Below are positions 1-12,278 of a stretch of DNA of 60,546 bases, one piece after another (the first letter of the stretch is position 1; every line of letters begins with the position of its first letter). The notes beneath the pieces were generated by a model that was not told the DNA's origin, made no database searches, and saw nothing but the letters and a program-made list of their open reading frames with translations. A program made the translations under genes and the position numbers. Source of the DNA: an uncultured Armatimonadia bacterium (GTDB taxonomy: Bacteria > Armatimonadota > Zipacnadia > CAVVLO01). The DNA lies in assembly GCA_963749155.1 (NCBI GenBank), contig CAVVLO010000006.1, positions 1-60,546 on the forward strand, in the 5' to 3' direction.

Positions 1-7
1 CATCCAG

Positions 8-2900
8 GTGGAATATGCTGGGCCTGCCCTGGCCAGCCGGCAGCGTTGCTACTGGCGCGTCCGTACCTGGAATGGCGCCGGAGAGGCCTCCCCCTGGTCT
101 GCCTCCGCCTGGTGGGAGATGGCTTTGCTCTCTCCTGAAGAATGGAAAGCCGAGTGGATAGGTCCCACCAAGCCGCCCTCGGAGGAGCCTGAGCTTGGCA
201 AGTGGATTTGGCATCCTGACTCCCGGGGCGCGAACACCACTAGCGAGCTGCGCAAGCACTTCGAGCTGCCCGCAGGAGCCGCCATACAGTCGGCCTGGTT
301 GTACCTGCGCGTCGACAATAACGCCAAGGTCTGGCTGAATGGCCAGCGGGTCGCGCAGTGGGATGACTTCCATACGACCGGCGGGTTCGACGTGACGGAG
401 CGAGTGCGCGCAGGCGCGAATCTGCTTGCAATGCAGGCCACCAACGAGGACGGGCCTTGCGGCCTCACCGCGACCCTTGCCATCGAATACGAAGGCGGCA
501 GCCTGCTGGTGCAGACCGATGCCACCTGGAAGGCCAATACCGGCTCGTCCAGCGAGTGGCAGCAACCAGAGCTTGACGATTCTGCCTGGCCTGCGGCGGC
601 TATAATCGCAGAGTTCGGAGAAGGCCCCTGGGGCGGCCCTGACGGTTCGCCTCAGCAACGGTCGATCTGCCTGCGTAAAGACTTCCTTGTCAAACCTGCT
701 CTTAAGCGCGCGCGTCTCTATGTCACTGGCCTGGGCATCTATGAGGCCAGCCTCAATGGCCAGCGGGTTGGAGAGGACTATTTTTGGCCCGGCTGGACTG
801 CCTATAGCAAGCGCGTTCACTATAAGACCTATGACGTGATGGGGCTGCTCAAAGAAGGCCCCAATGCCTTGGGCGCAATGCTTGGCAATGGCTGGTGGTC
901 AGGCGGGATGGGCTGGGCCAGTTCCTTTGCCTATCCTGGCGCCTCGATGCGGTTGCTCGCGCAACTTGAATTAACCTACCAGGATGGCACAAGAGAGGTT
1001 GTAGCTACCGATCCCTCCTGGAGTTGGGCCGAGTCGCCAGTCCTTGAAAATACCTACTACCACGGCGAGACCTATGATGCCCGACTCGAGCAGCCCGGCT
1101 GGGACTCACCCGGCTTCGAGGGCGCTGGCTGGCGACCTGCGGAAGTGGTCAGCAAGCCTGTTGGCCTACTCTGCTCCGAGGCCTCCGAGTCTATCCAGAT
1201 AACGCGCGAGCTGCCGGTCCAGACCCTCACCAACCCCGCGCCGGGCATCTGGATTTTCGATTTCGGCCAAAACCAGGCCGGCTTCTGCCGCCTGCGCGTG
1301 AACGCCCCGGCAGGCACCCGGATCCAGCTTCGCTTCGGCGAGGAACTCAACCTCGACGGCACTCTTTACACCGCCAACTATCGCTCCGCGCGGGCCACCG
1401 ATGTCTACTACTGTAAAGGGGGCGGCGAGGAAGTCTGGCAACCTCGTTTCACCTATCGGGGCTTCCGCTATGCGGAACTGACTGGCTACGAAGGCGCGCC
1501 TGATGAGAAGACACTGGTCGCCTGCTCGGTCCATTCGGCGGTACCCGAGGTCGGCCAGTTCGAGTGCTCTAGCGACCTGATAAATCGCATCTGGCTTGCG
1601 ACCCTTTGGGGCCAGCGGTCCAATATGCACAGTGTCGTGACCGACTGCCCGCAGCGCGATGAGCGCCTTGGCTGGATGGGCGATGGGCAGCTCTTCGCCC
1701 CGACCGCCTGCTGGAATATGGAGATGGCCAGGTTCTTCTCCAAGTGGGTCACTGATATGACCGACTCACAAAACGCCGATGGTTCGGTCACTGATGTGGC
1801 GCCTTTGGCCGTCGTCGGTGGTGGGGCCGCCGCGCCCGCCTGGGGCGATGCCGTCATCATCGTGCCGTGGTCGGTCTGGCGGATGTATGGCGACACCCGC
1901 ATCATCCAGCAGCATTATGAAGGGATGCGCGGTTGGATAGAATATATGCGTCGCCACGCGCCTGATTATCTCTACGAACGCGAGGGTTACGGCGACTGGG
2001 TGCCGGTTGTGGGTTCTCCAAGCAAGCAAATAGGCGCCGCGTACTTCTATTATTCGACCAGACTGTTCGCCGAGATGGCCGCTGCCGATGGGAAAGGAGG
2101 CCGATGCGGAGGAATATCGCATACTCGCCGACCGCATACGCGTGGCCTTCAACGCCGCCTATCTCGACAGGAACAGCTTCAATTACCCAGGCGGCACGCA
2201 GACTGCCAATCTGGTGCCCCTCTACTTCGGCCTCCCTGCGGAAGAAGATGCCGATGCGGTCTTCGCGAACCTGCTGCGCGACATCAGGGAGAGAGACTAT
2301 CACCTCACGACCGGCTTCATCGGCACCGCCTACCTGCTGCCCGAGCTATCAGCGCGCGGCGCGACCGATGTCGCCTATCGCATCGCCACGCAGACCACTT
2401 ATCCCTCCTGGGGCTATATGCTGGAGAAAGGCGCGACCACCATCTGGGAGCGCTGGAACACCGATTCGATGGGCCCGGAGATGAACTCTCGCAACCACTT
2501 TGCCTTCGGTTCGGTGGCGCAGTGGTTCTACGAGACGCTGGGAGGACTTGCTCCGGATGACACCAGTCCTGGCTTCAAGCACTTCAAGGTGAAACCCGAG
2601 CCAGTCGGCGACCTCACATCAGCCAAAGCCAGCTTCCGCAGCGAGTATGGCGAGGTCAACTGCCAGTGGGTGCGCGAGGCTAGCCATCTCAAACTCGAGG
2701 TCCGAGTGCCAGGCAACACCTCGGCGACCCTCTGGGTGCCTCTTGTCGGCTTCAGCAAGCTCTCCGAGGGGGGCCAGCCGCTGCTGGACGGCGACACCGA
2801 GGTTGGGCAAGTTGCTGGATTGCGTTTCCAGCGCCTGGAGAGCGACTTTGCCGTGTTTGAAGCAGGTTCGGGCGTCTATAGTTTCCTTGCGACTGACTAG
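8..2900 (+). CDS. Alpha-L-rhamnosidase (GH78), copy 1; 5'-partial, one frameshift near 2088
   Basis: GH78 motifs: DFGQNQAG, RFTYRGFRY, TDCPQRDERLGWMGD, GATTIWERWN, SRNH. ORFs 8..2560 and 2088..2900 join; copy 2 is in frame at the same position (gccgtgggtaag vs gccgatgggaaag). Confidence 0.93.
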
Positions 2901-2909
2901 GAGGGCACG

Positions 2910-3970
2910 ATGCTTTACAAACCGGATTGGGAAGAGACCACCGCGCGGTTTACTGACTGGTGGAACCATACAGCCGAGGAGGCAATAATCCAGGTTACTG
3001 CGCCAAAGGAAGGCGGCAATCCGACCTGGTTCGACGCCTGGGGCTTTGCCAGCCGTAAACAACCGACGGAGGAACTGCTGGGCGACCTTGACCGCTGGGC
3101 GGCTGGAGTGCGCTGGGCGGGGGAGAGCTACCCCAATTGCTGGCTTAATCTCGGTCCAGGGTGCCTCGCGACCTACTATACGGGCTATCTCCACTTCGAT
3201 GAACGGGGCAGTACGGTCTGGTTTGAGCAGCCTCGCGAGTGGGAAGAGGTCGATAAACTGGCCTTCCAGCCGGATGGAGAGTGGTACCAGTACACGCTGG
3301 AGGCCGCCCGCAAGGCCTCCGTGGCGGGGGAAGGGCGGTTTGTGGTCGGCAACACCGATATCGGCGGCCTCCTCGATGTGCTGGCCTCTTTCCGCGGCAC
3401 CCAGGACTTGCTGATGGACCTTGTGCTCGAACCGGAACGCATCCACGCCTGGATCCCCGAACTGGAGGCGAGCTGGTGGCGTGTCTACAGCGAGATTGAT
3501 GCCATAATCGCCGAGCGGCAGCAGGGCAGCTCCGCCTGGATGGGCCTGTGGTGCCCTGGGCGCTGGTATCCGCTGCAATGTGACTTCTCGGCAATGATCT
3601 CGCCGGCCCAGTTCGACGAGTTCGTAGCCCCCTCGCTGGCCCGCCAGTGCGCCCAGCTTGACTACAGTGTGTACCACTGGGACGGGCCAGGACAGCTTGG
3701 TTTCCTGGATAGCCTGCTCGCAATCGACGACCTGGACGCCATCCAGTGGGTGCCTGGTGATGGCAACCCGATGTGCGAGGCGGAGCAGTGGTATCCGATG
3801 TTATCGGCGCATCCTCGAGGCGGGCAAGGGCCTCATCCTGCAATGCTGGAGCGACCGCGGCGCCGTGCGCGAGGTGCTCAGGAAACTCCCCCGCGAGGGC
3901 GTAGCTCATCTCCACCTGGGCCGCCAGCGAAGCCGAAGCCGACGAGTTGCTGAAGTGGGCGAGTGGGTAG
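2910..3970 (+). CDS. Uroporphyrinogen decarboxylase/MtaA-like TIM-barrel protein, copy 1 (indels near 3800 and 3904)
   Basis: Motifs DVLASFRGTQDLLMDL, QCDFSAMISP, YHWDGPG, AIQWVPG. RBS GGAGGG upstream. The stop at 3968-3970 is inferred by alignment to copy 2. Confidence 0.75.
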
Positions 3971-3999
3971 GTGTTCACGTCAGCAAACAAAGGGAAGGG

Positions 4000-4221
4000 A
4001 TGATGGTGATGCATCGTTATGAGCTAAAAGCACAACTCGACCTTGAGCAAACCGAATCGCTAAGACGGGCGGTTGCAGAGTTTGACTTGGAAGCCGCTAC
4101 ACGATTTGCTGATGACCCAGCAATTCTGCTGCAAGTCTATCTCGTATCATTACTCCAATCGAACTTTGACTGGGACTCGTCAAGTCTATCAGTTGACACT
4201 GTGGAAGTGGTTGCGAAATGA
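4000..4221 (+). CDS. Small hypothetical protein (73 aa), first gene of the copy-1-specific insert
   Basis: Purine-rich RBS (agggaaggg) before ATG 4000. Its TGA overlaps the next ATG (ATGA, 4218-4221). Confidence 0.6.
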   Translation: MMVMHRYELKAQLDLEQTESLRRAVAEFDLEAATRFADDPAILLQVYLVSLLQSNFDWDSSSLSVDTVEVVAK

Positions 4222-5060
4222 GTGTATGTGAGCAAGGCCGAGAGTTTACTGACCTTCGTGGTGAGTTGGTGCTTGACACGAAGCGCTGGCTTGACTCGAG
4301 GTTGGGCATACTGCAGAACTCGCGTTTTACTTGGCTAGCCCTTTCATTGGCATGACCGCCGCCAAACTGTTCGAGACAGCAAAGGTGGACCGTATGTGTC
4401 TGACGACACTTCGACTTGGCGGACAGGTGAATCGAGCAACCGACCCAACAGCCTTAAAGACTATGTATGCGATGAGAGTCAAGTTGCTGCAGGCCCCCGA
4501 GCTGCATGCAAAAGTCTATCTTATAGACAACACGGCTCTGGTAACGTCTGCCAACGCAACCTGGTCCGGCCTTACAAAGAACCACGAGTGCGGCATCGCG
4601 GTTGAGTCAGCACAGGTTTGTGACGCTCTGTGGCTCTCCTTCAATCCGGGTTTGGCGCGCCTGATGGAGCTCAGCGGCTTACCTTGGCAGCACTTGCAAC
4701 TCACACGGCACTTGTCTCGAAGGCACTGAGACCTTCGGCCCAGCTGGACCTGCAGTGCCAGACCTGACCAGACCTTCGACCAGAATTGCTAGTCGACCCT
4801 GAGACTCTGAGGCGTGCCTTACTACCAGTGGCTGGACAAAGTTAACCCTTGAGGCTGTGTTAGAGCTGCCCAAACAATTTACGATTCAAGATATCTATGC
4901 CAGAGGTGAACCAGCGGCAACTGCCGCCTATCCAACGAACTACCATCCACTCGATAAACTGCGGCAGCAACTACAGATACTCCGCGACCATGGGCTTGTG
5001 GATTTTCTTGAACCAGGAAAGTATGAGCGCACCTTCTTGCTACCGAGTGAATTGCCCTGA
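4218..5060 (+). CDS. PLD (HKD) nuclease fused to a DpnI-type winged-helix domain; putative m6A-dependent type IV restriction enzyme (several apparent indels)
   Basis: LASPFI and LHAKVYLID...TSANAT give HxKxxxxD...SxN. The C-terminal GWTKLTLEAV..FTIQDIY..YPTNYHPLDKLRQQLQILRDHGLVDFLEPGKY matches the DpnI C-terminal winged helix. Pieces lie in different frames. Confidence 0.78.
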
Positions 5061-5219
5061 ACCTCCTCAGGGCTCTCGCTTTCTTTGGGTTGGCGCCCAG
5101 TCAGGCAAGGTGCTTCGGGATTCTCGCCAACCATAATTTCGCCTCCCCAGCAGGAACCCAGCGGCTTTAGTCGAAACTTAGCAAAGTCGCGCACTCTCTT
5201 CAGCGGCGGAGGTGGCCAA

Positions 5220-5693
5220 ATGGCACTGCTTAAAGAGGGCAAAATCGCGCCCGATTTCGAGCTGCCGGCGAGCACCGGTGGCACCATCCAGCTCTCCAGT
5301 TTCCAGGGCAAGAACGCCGTCGTCCTCTACTTCTACCCCAAAGACAACACGCCCGGCTGCACGAAAGAAGCCTGCAGCTTCCGAGACCTGGGAGCCGAGT
5401 TTGCCGAGGCGGGTGCGGTTATCCTGGGCATCAGCGCCGACAGCCTCGCCTCGCATGAGAAGTTCAGCAGCAAGTTCAAGCTGGGCTTCCCGCTGCTTTC
5501 GGACGAGGACACGAAAGTCTCGACGGCCTATGGCGCCTGGGGCGAGAAGACGATGTATGGGCGCAAGTTTCAGGGGATGGTCCGCACCACCTTCCTCATC
5601 GACAAAGAGGGCGTCATCCGCAAAGTGTGGCCCAAGGTGAAGGTGGACGAGCACGCCGACGAGGTGCTCGCTTTCTTGAAATCACTCGGCTGA
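5220..5693 (+). CDS. bcp: Thioredoxin-dependent peroxiredoxin Bcp/PrxQ, copy 1
   Basis: YFYPKDNTPGCTKEAC motif; RBS GGAGG before ATG 5220. Confidence 0.95.
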   Translation: MALLKEGKIAPDFELPASTGGTIQLSSFQGKNAVVLYFYPKDNTPGCTKEACSFRDLGAEFAEAGAVILGISADSLASHEKFSSKFKLGFPLLSDEDTKVSTAYGAWGEKTMYGRKFQGMVRTTFLIDKEGVIRKVWPKVKVDEHADEVLAFLKSLG

Positions 5694-5711
5694 GCAGCCT
5701 GAGGAGGGCGC

Positions 5712-6530
5712 TTGATGCTGCCCATCGTATTCACGAAGTTCTTCAAAGGGATGACCCGCGAAGAGGTCGCCGCGCGCGCGCTTGAACTCGGTTTCGCAGG
5801 TCTCGATTTCGCCTTGCGCGAGGGGCAATGTGTTACCCCTGAAACAGTGGGCGAGTTGCCGGCAGTGGTAGAGTACTGGCGCCGGCAGGGGCTCGTCACC
5901 CCGATGGTCAGCCTCGAGACCAGTTGGGTCGAGGCCGACCGGCCAGGGATGGAGGAGGCTTTCGCCGCCTGCGCCGAGGCCGAGGTGCCTTTCATCAAAT
6001 TGGGCTACTGGACCTTCGACCCCGCCCTTGACTACTGGCAAGCTGTGGATGCCATCGAAGAGGCGCTGAAGCACTTCGAGGCGCTGGCCCGCAGGTACGG
6101 GGTCACCGCGCTGGTCCATACCCACTCGGGCAATGTCTTCGGTTGCAATGCCTCGGCTGTGATGGACCTGGTGGGCGGCTGCGATCCCGACCACGTGGCC
6201 GTTTACCTTGATCCGGCGCATCTGGCGGTCGAGGGAGAGAGCCTCCCGATGGCCTTGCGCATCGTTGAGGGCTATCTGCGCGTCGTCGCGCTCAAGAATG
6301 TTGAATATGTCGCGGGGCAGGAGGGCAACCTTACTCTCTGGAAGCGGCGCTGGTGCAAGGCGAGTGAGGGCCTCGTCAACTGGCCCGAGGCGCTGAGGAG
6401 GCTTTCCGAGTTCGGCTTCGACGGCCCGGTCAGCATCCATGGCGAATACAGCGGTCTCAAAGACCAGGCTGAAGTCCAACGCTGGCTCGAGCAGGATATG
6501 GCTTTCATCAGGCCGCTTTTCCTCGGCTAG
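5712..6530 (+). CDS. Sugar phosphate isomerase/epimerase (xylose isomerase-like TIM barrel), copy 1
   Basis: GFAGLDF, HTHSG, YLDPAH, GFDGPVSIHGEY. Confidence 0.85.
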   Translation: MMLPIVFTKFFKGMTREEVAARALELGFAGLDFALREGQCVTPETVGELPAVVEYWRRQGLVTPMVSLETSWVEADRPGMEEAFAACAEAEVPFIKLGYWTFDPALDYWQAVDAIEEALKHFEALARRYGVTALVHTHSGNVFGCNASAVMDLVGGCDPDHVAVYLDPAHLAVEGESLPMALRIVEGYLRVVALKNVEYVAGQEGNLTLWKRRWCKASEGLVNWPEALRRLSEFGFDGPVSIHGEYSGLKDQAEVQRWLEQDMAFIRPLFLG

Positions 6531-7688
6531 TTACGGCTGGAGGGGTATCTCCTTCGACAGAGGCCTCTCGCCGCGCAGCATCCGGCCGCCCTCGCCAACC
6601 AGCCTGAGGTACCAGTCGCTGGGCAGTCCATCGTAGCCCACGAAATACGCCTTGGGTGGGCGGGCTGCTGGTGACTTTGAATATAGCCGTCCCCTCGTCC
6701 ACCTCATCGAACATCGCAACATAGACGGTATCAACACCCAGCTGAGCCAGCCCGTAAAACTGCTCCCAAAGGAACTCTCCACCCCGCCGGTCAATCTTGC
6801 TGGTGCCAGGGGCATAGCGGAATATGTTATCCCAGGTGAATCCGGGGTAGACGACAGGCATCCAGAAGACACCTTTGGCCTCGCACTGGGCTTTATCCTC
6901 TGGCCACCAGGCGATGGAAGCCTGCTTGCCTCCGCCCTCGTGAGGCGCCCAGTTGCCGATATTCCACGGGCAGTAGGCATCAGCGGAGCCTAGCGTGGCC
7001 TGCCAGGCCTCATCCTGGATGGAGCGCCAGTTCCAGTCGCCGCCCGCCACGAAACAGGCCTGATACTTGCCGGGCGCCTTGAAGAAGTCAATCAGATCCT
7101 GGCCGACTTCGGTGGTCATATGGTTGCTCTGGTTCTGGTAGTAGTAACCCCAGATTTGCACTACTGGCTTGCCGGCCTCGTGAAGGTAGCGCGGGTCCTT
7201 GGTAAGTTGTTTGTCTACCATCCGCTTCCAGTCGTCAGTCACAATTTTATAGATGTCATCGGTGGGTACTGCCGCGATATCGTAGGAGAGCGCCCAAACA
7301 CGCCCGGTGGCCTTCGCCGCGCGTCGCACATTGTTCAGCACCCTCATCCGCGAGGGGTAGCGGTCCTCAAGCCTGCCCCCTGGCAAATCGACAGCGAAAT
7401 GCTGCAGGAAGACGCCGTCAATACCGTAGTCGCGCATCCATTCGAAGTGTTTCAGCACGGTCTCGGGTGTCGCGGAGCTGAACAAGGTCGCCTGGCTGCC
7501 ATCAGGATAAGTAAAGCCAGGGGCGATATAATGCTCCTTCGGGCTGTATTCAGTCATATCCGGCCGAAGGTCGAAGGTCACAAGCTCCGGTTCGATGGCG
7601 CTCAGTCCGGCGGCTCCAATGGATCCACCCGACATTCACCCGGTCACCTGGGCACCGGAACCAGCCTGATAGCCGCAGTAGATTTTCC
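6531..7688 (-). CDS. GH71/GH99-like glycoside hydrolase, copy 1; 5'-truncated at the duplication junction
   Basis: Nearly identical to 13098..14351. Lacks the signal-peptide region; indels near 6648 and 7600-7670. Confidence 0.8.
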
Positions 7689-10571
7689 TGGGCCTGCCCT
7701 GGCCGAGCGGGAGCGTTGCTACTGGCGCGTCCGTACCTGGAATGGCGCAGGAGAGGCCTCCCCGGTCTGCCTCCGCCTGGTGGGAGATGGCTTTGCTCTC
7801 TCCTGAAGAATGGAAAGCCGAGTGGATAGGTCCCACCAAGCCGCCCTCGGAGGAGCCTGAGCTTGGCAAGTGGATTTGGCATCCTGACTTCCGGGGCGCG
7901 AACACCACTAGCGAGCTGCGCAAGCACTTCGAGCTGCCCGCAGAAGCCGCTATACAGTCGGCCTGGTTGTACCTGCGCGTCGACAATAACGCCAAGGTCT
8001 GGCTGAATGGCCAGCGGGTCGCGCAGTGGGATGACTTCCATACGACCGGCGGGTTCGACGTGACGGAGCGAGTGCGCGCAGGCGCGAATCTGCTTGCAAT
8101 GCAGGCCACGAACGAGGACGGGCCTTGCGGCCTGCACCGCGACCCTTGCCATCGAATGCGAAGGCGGCAGCCTGCTGGTGCAGACCTGATGCCACCTGGA
8201 AGGCCAATCCCCGGCTCGTCCAGCGAGTGGCAGCAACCAGGGCTCGACGATTCTGCCTGGCCTGCGGCGGCTATAATCGCAGAGTTCGGAGAAGGCCCCT
8301 GGGGCGGCCCTGACGGTTCGCCTCAGCAACGGTCGATCTGCCTGCGTAAAGACTTCCTTGTCAAACCTGCTCTTAAGCGCGCGCGTCTCTACGTCACTGG
8401 CCTGGGCATCTATGAGGCCAGCCTCAATGGCCAGCGGGTTGGAGAGGACTATTTCTCGCCCGGCTGGACTGCTTATAGCAAGCGCGTGCAATACAAGACT
8501 TATGATGTGACGGGGCTGCTCAAAGAAGGCCCTAATGCCTTGGGAGCAATACTTGGCAATGGCTGGTGGTCGGGCGGGATGGGCTGGGCCAGTTCCTTTG
8601 CCTATCCTGGCGCCTCGATGCGGTTGCTCGCGCAACTTGAATTGAACCTACCAGGATGGCACAAGAGAGGTTGTAGCTACCGATCCCTCCTGGAGTTGGG
8701 CCGAGTCGCCAGTCCTTGAAAATACCTACTACCACGGCGAGACCTATGATGCCCGACTCGAGCAGCCCGGCTGGGACTCACCCGGCTTCGAGGGCGCTGG
8801 CTGGCGACCTGCGGAAGTGGTCAGCAAGCCTGTTGGCCTACTCTGCTCCGAGGCCTCCGAGTCTATCCAGATTAACGCGAGAGCTCGCGGTCCAGACCCT
8901 CACCAACCCCGCGCCGGGCATCTGGATTTTCGATTTCGGCCAAACCAGGCCGGCTTTCTGCCGCCTGCGCGTGAACGCCCCGGCAGGCGCCCGGATCCAG
9001 CTTCGCTTCGGCGAGGAACTCAACCTCGACGGCACTCTTTACACCGCCAACTATCGCTCCGCGCGGGCCACCGATGTCTACTACTGTAAAGGGGGCGGCG
9101 AGGAAGTCTGGCAACCTCGTTTCACCTATCGGGGCTTCCGCTATGCGGAACTGACTGGCTACGAAGGCGCGCCTGATGAGAAGACACTGGTCGCCTGCTC
9201 GGTCCATTCGGCGGTACCCGAGGTCGGCCAGTTCGAGTGCTCAAGCGACCTGATAAATCGCATCTGGCTTGCGACCCTTTGGGGCCAGCGGTCCAATATG
9301 CACAGTGTCGTGACCGACTGCCCGCAGCGCGATGAGCGCCTGGGCTGGATGGGCGATGGGCAGCTCTTCGCCCGACCGCCTGCTGGAATATGGAGATGGC
9401 CAGGTTCTTCTCCAAGTGGGTCACTGATATGACCGATTCACAAAACGCCGATGGTTCGGTCACTGATGTGGCGCCTTTGGCCGTCGTCGGTGGTGGGGCC
9501 GCCGCGCCCGCCTGGGGCGATGCCGTCATCATCGTGCCGTGGTCGGTCTGGCGAATGTACGGTGATACCCGCGTCATCAAGCAGCATTATGAAGGGATGC
9601 GCGGTTGGATAGAATATATGCGTCGCCACGCGCCTGATTATCTCTACGAGCGCGAGGGTTACGGCGACTGGGTGCCAGTTGTCGGTTCTCCAAGCAAGCA
9701 AATAGGCGCCGCGTACTTCTATTATTCGACCAGACTGTTCGCCGAGATGGCCGCTGCCGTGGGTAAGGAGGCCGATGCGGAGGAATATCGCATACTCGCC
9801 GACCGCATACGCGTGGCCTTCAACGCCGCCTATCTCGACAGGAACAGCTTCAATTACCCAGGCGGCACCCAGACTGCCAACCTGGTGCCTCTCTACTTCG
9901 GCCTCCCTGCGGAAGAAGACGCCGATGCGGTCTTCGCCAACCTGCTGCGCGACATCAGGGAGAGAGACTATCACCTCACGACCGGCTTCATCGGCACCGC
10001 CTACCTGCTGCCCGAGCTATCAGCGCGCGGCGCGACCGATGTCGCCTATCGCATCGCCACGCAGACCACTTATCCCTCCTGGGGCTATATGCTGGAGAAA
10101 GGCGCGACCACCATCTGGGAGCGCTGGAACACCGATTCGATGGGCCCGGAGATGAACTCTCGCAACCACTTTGCCTTCGGTTCGGTGGCGCAGTGGTTCT
10201 ATGAGACACTGGGAGGACTTGCTCCGGACGACCGCAAGCCAGGCTTCAAGCACTTCAAGGTGAAACCCGAGCCAGTCGGCGACCTCACATCAGCCAAAGC
10301 CAGCTTCCGCAGCGAGTATGGCGAGGTCAACTGCCAGTGGGCGCGCGAGGCTAGCCATCTCAAACTCGAGGTCCGAGTGCCAGGCAACACCTCGGCGACC
10401 CTCTGGGTGCCTCTTGTCGGCTTCAGCAAGCTCTCCGAGGGGGGCCAGCCGCTGCTGGACGGCGACACCGAGGTTGGGCAAGTTGCTGGATTGCGTTTCC
10501 AGCGCCTGGAGAGCGACTTTGCAGTGTTTGAAGCAGGTTCGGGCGTCTATAGTTTCCTTGCGACTGACTAG
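7689..10571 (+). CDS. Alpha-L-rhamnosidase (GH78), copy 2; 5'-partial, multiple indels
   Basis: ORFs 7742..8719, 8716..9432 and 9390..10571 reproduce copy 1. Confidence 0.9.
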
Positions 10572-10580
10572 GAGGGCACG

Positions 10581-11643
10581 ATGCTTTACAAACTGGATTG
10601 GGACGAGACCACTGCGCGGTTTACTGACTGGTGGAACCATACAGCCGAGGAGGCAATAATCCAGGTTACTGCGCCAAAGGAAGGCGGCAATCCGACCTGG
10701 TTCGACGGCTGGGGCTTCGCCAGGCGTAAGCAATCGACGGAGGAACTGCTGGGCGACACTAGACCACTGGGCGGCTGAATATGCGCTGTGCAGGGGAGAG
10801 CTACCCTAATTGCTGGCTCAATCTCGGCCCAGGGTGCCTCGCGAGCCTACTATACGGGCTATCTCCACTTCGATGAACGGGGCAGTACGGTCTGGTTCGA
10901 GCAGTCTCGCGAGTGGGAAGAGGTCGATAAACTGGCCTTCCAGCCGGACGGAGAGTGGTACCAGTACACGCTGGAGGCCGCCCGCAAGGCCTCCGTGGCG
11001 GGGGAAGGGCGGTTTGTGGTCGGCAACACCGATATCGGCGGCCTCCTCGATGTGCTGGCCTCTTTCCGCGGCACCCAGGACTTGCTGATGGACCTTGTAC
11101 TCGAACCGGAACGCATCCACGCCTGGATCCCCGAACTGGAGGCGAGCTGGTGGCGTGTCTACAGCGAGATTGATGCCATAATCGCCGAGCGGCAGCAGGG
11201 CAGCTCCGCCTGGATGGGCCTGTGGTGCCCTGGGCGCTGGTATCCGCTGCAGTGTGACTTCTCGGCAATGATCTCGCCGGCCCAGTTCGACGAGTTCGTA
11301 GCCCCCTTCACTGGCCCGCCAGTGCGCCCAGCTTGACTACAGTGTGTACCACTGGGACGGGCCAGGACAGCTTGGTTTCCTGGACAGCCTGCTCGCAATC
11401 GACGACCTGGACGCCATCCAGTGGGTGCCTGGTGATGGCAACCCGATGTGCGAGGCGGAGCAGTGGTATCCGATGTATCGGCGCATCCTCGAGGCGGGCA
11501 AGGGCCTCATCCTGCAATGCTGGAGCGACCGCGGCGCGGTGCGCGAGGTGCTTAAGAAACTCCCCCGCGAGGGCGTACTCATCTCCACCTGGGCCGCGAG
11601 CGAAGCCGAAGCCGACGAGTTGCTGAAGTGGGCGAGTGGGTAA
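10581..11643 (+). CDS. URO-D/MtaA-like protein, copy 2 (indels)
   Basis: Pieces 10581..10778, 10788..11336 and 11344..11643 match copy 1. Confidence 0.75.
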
Positions 11644-11787
11644 GGGGTCCTTATTATCAAAGACGCCTTCGCATCGCTGTGTTCTAGCATACGGATTCAC
11701 TCTAGCCCACTTGGTTAGCAGGAACTCCTTCTCTTTAGTCGAAACTTAGCAAAGTCGCGCACTCTCTTCAGCGGCGGAGGTGGCCAA

Positions 11788-12260
11788 ATGGCACTGCTTA
11801 AAGAGGGCAAAATCGCGCCCGATTTCGAGCTCCGGCGAGCACCGGTGGCACCATCCAGCTCTCCAGTTTCCAGGGCAAGAACGCCGTCGTCCTCTACTTC
11901 TACCCCAAAGACAACACGCCCGGCTGCACGAAAGAAGCCTGCAGCTTCCGAGACCTGGGAGCCGAGTTTGCCGAGGCGGGTGCGGTCATCCTGGGCATCA
12001 GCGCCGACAGCCTCGCCTCGCATGAGAAGTTCAGCAGCAAGTTCAAGCTGGGCTTCCCGCTGCTTTCGGACGAGGACACGAAGGTCTCGACGGCCTATGG
12101 CGCCTGGGGCGAGAAGACGATGTATGGGCGCAAGTTTCAGGGGATGGTCCGCACCACCTTCCTCATCGACAAAGAGGGCGTCATCCGCAAAGTGTGGCCC
12201 AAGGTGAAAGTAGACGAGCACGCCGACGAGGTGCTCGCTTTCTTGAAATCACTCGGCTGA
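11788..12260 (+). CDS. bcp: Peroxiredoxin Bcp, copy 2 (1-nt deletion near 11832)
   Basis: Near-identical to 5220..5693; gagctccggcg vs gagctgccggcg. Confidence 0.9.
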
Positions 12261-12278
12261 GCAACCTGAGGAGGGCGC

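Noticed and set aside
3658..3999. ORF 3658..4221 as one 187-aa protein
   Set aside because: Its first part is an alternate frame of the URO-D-like gene; only 4000..4221 has its own RBS.
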